This document shows positions 10,601-16,413 of a DNA stretch of 32,000 bases, piece by piece; positions within the stretch are counted from its first letter, which is position 1; every line of letters starts with the position of its first letter. The translations under genes and the position numbers were made by a program. Source of the stretch: Gammaproteobacteria bacterium (GTDB lineage: Bacteria > Pseudomonadota > Gammaproteobacteria > JBIOEC01); the NCBI GenBank assembly GCA_965279305.1, contig OZ257143.1, forward strand, positions 1,800,001 through 1,832,000, written 5' to 3'. The notes below the pieces were generated by a model. That model did no database searches. It saw only the letters and a program-made list of their open reading frames with translations, and was not told where the DNA came from.

Positions 10601-13210
10601 ACCAATAATATTCCTGTACCAACCACAGTGGCACCTTCAACGGCAACACCCACAACAGCAACGCCAACAACTGCAACACCAACAACAGCAGTTGCTAGTT
10701 CTGCGCCACCAACAGCTGCTCCTACCACATTACCACCGGCTCCTATATTAAATTTCAATAATTTAATTGCCTATATATGGGACGGCGTTAGTTATGTATT
10801 AGGTTTAGGACCAGACAATATTGCTGGTAGTTATCCTGGCAATGGTGATCCCGATAATCTTCGTGCGATTATTAGCAGTCAATCCGGTATTAGTTTTTCA
10901 AAAACTAATTTTACTTTAGGTGAACTTTTTGATGGCGTAAATGCCACAGTCACCGCTAGTAGTATTTTTTACAGAGTAAAAATTTGCGATCCCGATTTTC
11001 CAACGGTTTGCTCAACCAATAGTCCTGCTAGTATTTCATATATAGCAAGGCCCACTAATGCTCCAACAGCAATAGCAAGCTCCGCTCCACCTACAGTTGC
11101 AGCTACTTCTGCTGCACCTACGGCAGAAGCAACTTCCGCTGTGCCGACAGTAGAAGCTACTTCTGCGGTGCCTACGGCACAATCAACTTCTGCTGTACCT
11201 ACGGCAGAAGCTACTTCTGCGGTGCCTACGGCAGAAGCTACTTCTGCGGTGCCTACGGCAGAGGCTACTTCTGCTGTGCCTACAGCACAATCAACTTCTG
11301 CGGTGCCTACGGCAGAAGCTACTTCTGCGGTGCCTACGGCACAATCAACTTCTGCTGTACCGACAGTAGAAGCAACAGGATCGCCTACAGGTGCTCCAAC
11401 CAATACAGCAGCCCCAACCGTGATACTAACGGCTGCACCTAGAACAGCACCCGATATTAGTTTTAATGCTTTCAACGTAACGGCATTGAATCAACTGTTA
11501 CCTTATGGTGTAGCAAATATTCAAGCGGCTGCTATCTATCATTCTTTTGATGAATTAGTTTTTTATTTTAGTCGGATAGTGGGAGGTGTTTTTTACACAG
11601 GTCCTGTTCCCATTACCATGCTGAATAATGTGACTGCAGCCATTACCGGGCTGCAAATTTTGCAAGGATTAATTCAAATAAAAGTCCTTCAAGATGCATT
11701 TACTTACGCTATTACCGCGTGTACTCCTTATGAACTCTGTTCATCTCCAGAAGATGCAGCTGTTTCTTTTTATTTACCCACAGCAGCACCCACTACTCCA
11801 AGTCCATCGGGAGCCACGCCACAGCAGTCAATAGGCGATTGGATTGTTGCTAATTATGCTATTTGGATTGGCCCCGTCGCTGCGCTTCTCTTCTTTGTAG
11901 CCGGTGTTGTTTTTTGGAGAATTCGCAGAACCGCAAAAGCAAAAGACACGCTGCTTTTATTCCAACAAGTATCAAGCCTTTCCCTAGGAAATGCTACGCA
12001 AACAAACCGTTTGTCTATGTATCTTGATCAAAATCGTGTTGCAAAAGAGCTAATAGCGGCTATTGAGAGAATCGGCGGGCTAAAGATTAATATACAAGAT
12101 GATAGAGAAATAACACGGATACTCGAGTGGCTTGATACTGTTAGACTGGTGTTTAGTGGCCCAACCATTTCAAAAGATAAACGCTTCAAAAGTTTTGATG
12201 CAGAAATTATTTCTACGCTGGTTGAACAACACCCAGACGAAGATGCTTTCGACCGACTGAGAGTGGTATTTGATGTTTTAATATCACATATTATGTATGG
12301 TCCTTCTTTAAGTAGAGGCGAATTAGTTTCACTTACCTTTGAACTACTCGAAAATAGAAGAAGGCTTTCTGCTGCGGTACAGTTTGTGACAGAAAAATAT
12401 ATTTTCAATAATGCGCCTACCCAAGAAGGCCGAGATAGTTATGAAATGAATGAGATGGGTGCTGGGGTTAATGGCGATAGTCCAAGTTCTTCTGTACGAA
12501 AAGCCGCCGCCTCTTCCAGTAGCGGATCGGATGTTGCTCCTGTTAATAGCTCTACTAATCTATTAGGATCACAACCACCTTCAAGAGCCGGCAGTAACTC
12601 AAGTAATCGTCCGCCTAGTGTTAGAATTGAGCCACCGCCGCCTGAATATACGGCGCATGAAATAGAAACACCTACCCTTTCTCAACCAGAACTTCTTGCA
12701 CCTACCAATGCAGCCACACCTGTTAAAGAACGTAGACCTGCTCCTAAACCTCCAAGCGAGGCAACCGTAGGATTTGCGGGTGGTAGAGAAGAAGCAGCTG
12801 CACTTGCAGCGATGATGCAAGAAATGCCTGTTAGCCCTGAACCCACCGTACTGGCTGCTCCACCAAAAACAGTTGCATTGCCTTTTGAACCTCGTGACGA
12901 GGTATCGAGAGAAGAATTCAACAAGTTATTTGATGAATCAGATATTGCAGCTCACCAACGAGCTCAAGCGTTATCATCAACAGCACCCAAACCTGCTGTT
13001 TCTAAAATAAGAGTAGGCACTTCACCTGCTTATGGAAATGTTCGTCCGGCAGATGGAACAGTGGTTAAACAAGCAACCCAAGCGAGCAATGACACTATTT
13101 TTAATACAGTGCCTAGCGGCCTGGTAAGACAACCCACAACAGGCTCAGCACCACCGCCGACAGCACCTAAACCTCGTGTTGCAGTAGCGGGAAGACCAGC
13201 AGCGTCGTAA
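7700..13210 (+). CDS. Giant (1836 aa) mucin-like membrane protein of unknown function with two hydrophobic helices, Pro/Thr/Ser/Ala tandem repeats and a proline-rich cytoplasmic tail
   Basis: This is an uninterrupted 5.5-kb ORF, with GGGAG about 9 nt upstream of the ATG and a 340-bp AT-rich upstream region. Composition and architecture were read from the translation (see findings). I recognise no family. Confidence 0.88.
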   Translation: MSRDHKDLENQNSITNKSFNALQFIALLIIGGLLTGVSISFLTTAINSFAPRRPNENNSGDDNPLNPFPTFDNDAEAFANELSRAARSATACVDYSNVTASTILATATTTQMACQNSVLNPLNGQVFMVYCDTPTSVKGIMLNADGSVYKPSFNLTANPTDAEYFPNVEYVNDVGNYRVSGGRYNATQAGVGLWYRYFDVNGTALGTETPLFKFAGANVCAWTVDSNSPYTNNSVITQLWGIAQLCNTGSYAQLFVYPRVCEISVAVCSTAAYQITTPGGYYGEPSLKLTSANNSTLIYGTHSAYPTAGNAQQVYQETFSMGSPTGSLQVFGSSVHYNPMTLTLPNGNNFSAAQAKQGDGTWRIVFSTNNGLSVQTSETMLFNSGYSQTLSSLALEYDMNNTPWVVVTIVENNQVKVAFVNANTMAVRSTPYAVPTSSNFGAGWSQSSGAVVPTSTKDKFFVRSTETNGSNNKEVLNIINMNDALVVAPTNSTFTQAGGAVNLPIVLQRAIYAPDVSYRVSLIVTPNTLGYSAGTLFKVNSPANTTVITTSNGLNFTSVGVIALNSACFQYLPPTSFTQGSGSNLTRAITDVTVSYTITSNGNANGGLVNILTGNIGLTAQEGAHAPTLWTNTAGLSVKQNIAKTLTLNDINALGDAFSDDTTTIFNISNTTPSSVTLLLNGAAVTQFSRADLVAGNVAVLVTQCTTTFPTINFTVTADGYTVSGSLPVTTLYGAPNVAAASLLISSSASGVMSANLPYQLVVNYCGNSSATFTGSVKSSGITYYTLPYSNAPVNLYVTQSDPVTGILSFTAAQLSGSQLALMPSGLQANATYYAYAPMSYTYTLTTPEGVTSVTSGSVVDGRTATPPTPTLSTNKVTLTQAETVVGSTILAATFSSGGLDPNFISFDISNLNDCYFTLDGVQVTTVTQTQVNTFSRVKLEVTGPNPSYWVSARYINSATAPAAASVTNNIPVPTTVAPSTATPTTATPTTATPTTAVASSAPPTAAPTTLPPAPILNFNNLIAYIWDGVSYVLGLGPDNIAGSYPGNGDPDNLRAIISSQSGISFSKTNFTLGELFDGVNATVTASSIFYRVKICDPDFPTVCSTNSPASISYIARPTNAPTAIASSAPPTVAATSAAPTAEATSAVPTVEATSAVPTAQSTSAVPTAEATSAVPTAEATSAVPTAEATSAVPTAQSTSAVPTAEATSAVPTAQSTSAVPTVEATGSPTGAPTNTAAPTVILTAAPRTAPDISFNAFNVTALNQLLPYGVANIQAAAIYHSFDELVFYFSRIVGGVFYTGPVPITMLNNVTAAITGLQILQGLIQIKVLQDAFTYAITACTPYELCSSPEDAAVSFYLPTAAPTTPSPSGATPQQSIGDWIVANYAIWIGPVAALLFFVAGVVFWRIRRTAKAKDTLLLFQQVSSLSLGNATQTNRLSMYLDQNRVAKELIAAIERIGGLKINIQDDREITRILEWLDTVRLVFSGPTISKDKRFKSFDAEIISTLVEQHPDEDAFDRLRVVFDVLISHIMYGPSLSRGELVSLTFELLENRRRLSAAVQFVTEKYIFNNAPTQEGRDSYEMNEMGAGVNGDSPSSSVRKAAASSSSGSDVAPVNSSTNLLGSQPPSRAGSNSSNRPPSVRIEPPPPEYTAHEIETPTLSQPELLAPTNAATPVKERRPAPKPPSEATVGFAGGREEAAALAAMMQEMPVSPEPTVLAAPPKTVALPFEPRDEVSREEFNKLFDESDIAAHQRAQALSSTAPKPAVSKIRVGTSPAYGNVRPADGTVVKQATQASNDTIFNTVPSGLVRQPTTGSAPPPTAPKPRVAVAGRPAAS
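7760..7837 (+). other. Predicted N-terminal transmembrane/signal-anchor helix of the giant protein (aa 21-46)
   Basis: The segment ALQFIALLIIGGLLTGVSISFLTTAI is 26 uncharged hydrophobic residues. It is followed by SFA-PRRP; Pro at +1 argues against signal peptidase I cleavage. Confidence 0.6.
10640..10684 (+). repeat. In-frame 15-bp tandem repeat x3 (TATPT) inside a Pro/Thr/Ala linker
   Basis: The DNA reads acagcaacaccc / acaacagcaacgcca / acaactgcaacacca, encoding TATPT TATPT TATPT. It is embedded in the PT-rich stretch aa 961-1016 (10580-10747). Confidence 0.8.
11102..11371 (+). repeat. In-frame 27-bp tandem repeat, about 10 copies (consensus ATSAVPTAE / STSAVPTAQ)
   Basis: The units are near-identical, e.g. 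gctacttctgcggtgcctacggcagaa versus tcaacttctgctgtacctacggcacaa. Reading aa 1135-1224 gives ten contiguous 9-aa units with no spacers. Confidence 0.95.
11840..11917 (+). other. Predicted second transmembrane helix of the giant protein (aa 1381-1406) with a basic stop-transfer
   Basis: The hydrophobic segment WIVANYAIWIGPVAALLFFVAGVVFW is followed immediately by RIRRTAKAK. Confidence 0.75.
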
Positions 13211-13211
13211 C

Positions 13212-14006
13212 TTAAAACCTTACGCCGCCGCCAAAGCCGATGTAGTGAGAATATCCTTCGAGATCACCGCTCATACGCCAGCCGTATTCTAAATCGACTT
13301 CAATATTGTCGGTAATTAAATATTGAATACCGCCATCACCATTATATCCACTATTTTCATCAGGTCCTGTTTTGGTTTGACCATAAAATTCCACATAGAG
13401 CTGTGTCATTTCGGCTATTTTCCACGCAAATACAATATCAGGGTTAAAACTATTAAAACGTTCACTACCGTCATTAGGTGCTGTTATCTCAGAACTAAAA
13501 CCTAACATGAGTGTGGCTGAAAAAGAATCGGTAAAATTATAACTTGCAATGGCATTAAGAGTGGTTCCCCATTCATCAGTTCCAAAATTATCATTGCCAC
13601 TTGGTGGAGTGGCATATGCTTCTAATGCGTAAATTAAGCTATTATAAATAGGAAACTGATGTTTAAAAGCCATACTGGTAGCACTTGATCCCGTAATAAC
13701 ATCTTCGTGATCAGGATTTTCATGAATATAATTGGGTGCAACTACCAAAAATTCATTACGATTTGGTAATCCAAAACGAATTACCGCTTCGGGAAAATTT
13801 TGGCTATGCCCATCAATAGAGTGTAATTCCAAATATTGATACCCTACTTCTATCACTACGTTTCCGGGTTCAACAGAGCACGGGCTATCTAATACACTAG
13901 GGCGATTTAAAAGCGCTAATAAATCAGCACAAGAAGCCTCCACTATTTCATCGGCAAATGAAATACTGGGCAATAAAAGAAACAGTAAGCTTATTTTTTT
14001 TAACAT
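13212..14006 (-). CDS. Outer-membrane beta-barrel channel, MetA-pathway-of-phenol-degradation (Phenol_MetA_deg) family-like
   Basis: It has a signal peptide MLKKISLLFLLLPSISFA-DE and an N-terminal LNRPSVLDSPCSVEPGNVVIEVGY motif resembling the family's DRPG...G...E.G signature. Alternating beta-strand patterns and a C-terminal aromatic residue (GGGVRF) fit an OMP. An AAGGA SD is present. Confidence 0.75.
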   Translation of the reverse strand: MLKKISLLFLLLPSISFADEIVEASCADLLALLNRPSVLDSPCSVEPGNVVIEVGYQYLELHSIDGHSQNFPEAVIRFGLPNRNEFLVVAPNYIHENPDHEDVITGSSATSMAFKHQFPIYNSLIYALEAYATPPSGNDNFGTDEWGTTLNAIASYNFTDSFSATLMLGFSSEITAPNDGSERFNSFNPDIVFAWKIAEMTQLYVEFYGQTKTGPDENSGYNGDGGIQYLITDNIEVDLEYGWRMSGDLEGYSHYIGFGGGVRF

Positions 14007-14030
14007 GTAAAATCCTTTTTACTTAGCTAC

Positions 14031-15722
14031 TTATTGTGTGAATTGTGTCATAAACCTTTTTAAATGAATAGTAGATAAACTATCAGAGCAATACGCCAAA
14101 TATCCATCCGGTCGTATTAAAAAAAGCCCCGTAGGCACATACTCACTTAGACCATAATTTTCAAATATTTGATTTGATTCTGCTTGAATTATTCTATCAT
14201 CAGGCCCTGTTAAAGAATGCGCAATAAAATGGGTTTTAACTGGCAAGCCAATTTGTGAAGGTAAACCACGTAAATCATTACTAATCGATTGAATTTCTTC
14301 TTTGGAAAGCGATTTTTTCGATAAAGCCATCACATGAAAAATATACCCTTTGGTTAAATCAAACACATCTAGGTATTGGCTAATAGTGGCATTAGGCGCT
14401 CTATACCCCGCTCTTATTTTTTTAGGAAAATGTTTTTTGGCGGATTCAGAAATATTATTCTCTAAAAAAGCATTATCATGGTAATGAATACCTAATTGAG
14501 ATACAAAATGGAATATGACGGATCGTGCTTTATGACTTTTAGAAATCAAACGTATAATATTAGGAAATATAAAATTACGGATTCTATCAATCCATTTATT
14601 TTGCGAGCTAACAATAGAAAACAAACGATCGGTATATTTTAATAATTTTTCACCTATTCGTTTTCGCTCTGAATCATAACTCTCTAATAAGGCTATATTT
14701 CCCTTATTTTTTAAAGCGACAATTATCTTCCAGCTTAAATTGGCTGCATCTTGAATACCGGTATTCATTCCTTGCGCACCTACTGGACTATGAATATGCG
14801 CCGCATCACCTGCCACAAAAGCTCTTCCCACTCGATAATTTTTTACCCCACGATGATGTATTCGATAGCGTGAAGTCCAAACAGGATCAGAAAAAGTGGC
14901 CGGAATATACGAAGCATCATTATAGGCTTTTTGCACGTCTTCTAAAGTAACTGGTGTGGCGGTAGTGGCTTGTTTTTCTGCTTCTGTATCATTTTCCGTA
15001 GAAAAAGGTTTAATAGCAAACATTCTTCCCAAGGCTTTTCCTTTTAAGGGAAAATATAATGCCAACGATTGATCACGCATAAAAATCTTAATATGAGAGT
15101 AATCTAGTGGCCAATCAATAGAGCAATCGGCCAACATAAAGGTTTGTACATAAGAAGCACCTTCAAAATCCAAGTCTAATTTTGATCTCACTATACTATG
15201 AGCACCATCAGCGCCAATAATATATTTACATTCAATTTTTTCTTGTTTCGCTGATTTATTATCTGGTTTATTTTTTACAGTAACGGTGACTTTTTCGTTG
15301 GTTTGAGATAAATCTACTACTTCCGTGCTGCGTTCAATGTAGACGCCATTTTTTGAGAGATATTCACTAAGTATTTTTTCAATTTCAGATTGTGGGCACA
15401 TAAAAAGAAAAGCATATGGCGTATTCATATTGCCAATATCATCTAAATCCACTTGCGCTACCATGCCTTGTTTGGTAAAAACTTGTAGCCCCGGTGCAAT
15501 TACGCCGCGTTTTAAAAACTCTTCTATCAGGCCAATTTTTTGTAATAATTCTAGAGAACGAGAATGCAAAACAAACGCACGTGTTTCGTGCGCTTGCTGC
15601 TCTTGTTTATCAACAATACGAAAAGATATTCCCGACTGCTGCAATAAAACCGCCGCCATTAATCCTGTAGGGCCAGCACCCACAACAACTACATCAGTGT
15701 TGGATTGGGTTAAATCATTCAC
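14031..15722 (-). CDS. FAD-dependent aromatic-ring monooxygenase (PheA/TfdB/MhpA-type, FAD_binding_3) with a C-terminal thioredoxin-like dimerisation domain
   Basis: Motifs are the dinucleotide fold VVVVGAGPTGLMAAVLLQQSGISFRIVDK, CKYIIGADGAHSIVR (DG motif) and GRAFVAGDAAHIHSPVGAQGMNTGIQDAANLSWK (GD motif). The 563-aa length is typical of phenol/3-HPP hydroxylases. The start is GTG, with a GGTGGAG SD 9 nt upstream. Confidence 0.9.
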   Translation of the reverse strand: MNDLTQSNTDVVVVGAGPTGLMAAVLLQQSGISFRIVDKQEQQAHETRAFVLHSRSLELLQKIGLIEEFLKRGVIAPGLQVFTKQGMVAQVDLDDIGNMNTPYAFLFMCPQSEIEKILSEYLSKNGVYIERSTEVVDLSQTNEKVTVTVKNKPDNKSAKQEKIECKYIIGADGAHSIVRSKLDLDFEGASYVQTFMLADCSIDWPLDYSHIKIFMRDQSLALYFPLKGKALGRMFAIKPFSTENDTEAEKQATTATPVTLEDVQKAYNDASYIPATFSDPVWTSRYRIHHRGVKNYRVGRAFVAGDAAHIHSPVGAQGMNTGIQDAANLSWKIIVALKNKGNIALLESYDSERKRIGEKLLKYTDRLFSIVSSQNKWIDRIRNFIFPNIIRLISKSHKARSVIFHFVSQLGIHYHDNAFLENNISESAKKHFPKKIRAGYRAPNATISQYLDVFDLTKGYIFHVMALSKKSLSKEEIQSISNDLRGLPSQIGLPVKTHFIAHSLTGPDDRIIQAESNQIFENYGLSEYVPTGLFLIRPDGYLAYCSDSLSTIHLKRFMTQFTQ

Positions 15723-15728
15723 CAGACA

Positions 15729-16307
15729 TTACTCCACCTTCACATCAGAAACGACACCATCAGCTACGGTTACAACGGTACTAGGAACCGTAGGATCAAA
15801 TGTATACGTATATTTAATGACGCGAATGGGCTGTTGGGGTGTACCCTCATTTAGCACCTCAGTAAAACTAGGATCGCCACAACGGTTACGCACCTCTTCC
15901 ATGGTATTGCCTCGTTTTACTTCTTGGCGTGACTGAGGCACAGGGCCGCAAAAACTGTAAGATTCATAAGGACCACTGCTAGAAGAAGGTGAATAAATCA
16001 GATTCACTTTTCCATCTATAAATTCTACAGAATAGCGCGCGCCTTGCGATAGGCCACTAATAGGTGTTTGATCATTGTCTTCTAACATATTAGCAATATA
16101 GTACCAACGCACTTTTTCACCTTTATTGGGCGTTGGCTGATCATATTGTTCAGTGGTAGTGGGTTCACCGCAATCCGCCATTAGTTGATCGGCTGTTTCG
16201 CCAATAGTGACATAAGCACCAGGAGCACCACACGGGATCGCTTGTATTGCCCAGGCTAATGGAGAAAATAAAGTGCAAAGAAGTAAAATAATAGGTTGTA
16301 CTTTCAT
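15729..16307 (-). CDS. Secreted/periplasmic protein with two tandem Cys-containing modules (DUF2845-like by recollection)
   Basis: The signal peptide is MKVQPIILLLCTLFSPLAWA-IQ. Two internally homologous modules each carry CG...G(E/N)T..(Q/E).....CG(E/D)P...(W/K)Y(Y/T)...(D)G(K/V)V. A strong AAGGAAGGG SD is present. The stop is 6 nt from the monooxygenase start. Confidence 0.75.
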   Translation of the reverse strand: MKVQPIILLLCTLFSPLAWAIQAIPCGAPGAYVTIGETADQLMADCGEPTTTEQYDQPTPNKGEKVRWYYIANMLEDNDQTPISGLSQGARYSVEFIDGKVNLIYSPSSSSGPYESYSFCGPVPQSRQEVKRGNTMEEVRNRCGDPSFTEVLNEGTPQQPIRVIKYTYTFDPTVPSTVVTVADGVVSDVKVE

Positions 16308-16337
16308 GATAGACCCTTCCTTAGTTTAACTCTATTT

Positions 16338-16346
16338 AGTATAGCA
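16338..16346 (-). promoter_or_regulatory. Candidate extended -10 promoter (TGcTATACT) for the three-gene operon
   Basis: The minus strand reads TGCTATACT about 30 nt upstream of ATG 16307. I found no convincing -35. Confidence 0.35.
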
Positions 16347-16413
16347 GCAAAGAAATAGTTAGCAGTACTTGGAGGTATTGCCAGGAGAGGGGTTATCGGA
16401 AGTTATTTAAGAG

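Noticed and set aside
11102-11371. The 27-bp repeat array considered as a possible CRISPR array
   Set aside because: The repeats are directly contiguous with no spacers. They keep the reading frame of a 5.5-kb ORF and encode a coherent 9-aa peptide repeat. There are no cas genes in the window.
10969-11475. A 168-aa minus-strand ORF (and the 65-aa one at 10561-10758) antisense to the giant gene's repeat regions
   Set aside because: These are mirror translations of the in-frame PT/ATSAVPTAE tandem repeats. They stay open only because of the repeat composition. They have no SD or promoter and are fully nested in a far longer, better supported ORF.
12028-12924. Minus-strand ORFs (126, 73 and 80 aa) opposite the giant protein's cytoplasmic domain and tail
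   Set aside because: They are shadow ORFs in Ser/Pro/Ala-rich coding sequence with no independent signals.
15430-15936. A 168-aa plus-strand ORF spanning the monooxygenase/periplasmic-protein junction
   Set aside because: It is antisense to two well-supported minus-strand genes with clear family motifs. Its translation is low-complexity and Cys/Ser/Thr-rich, and it has no start context.
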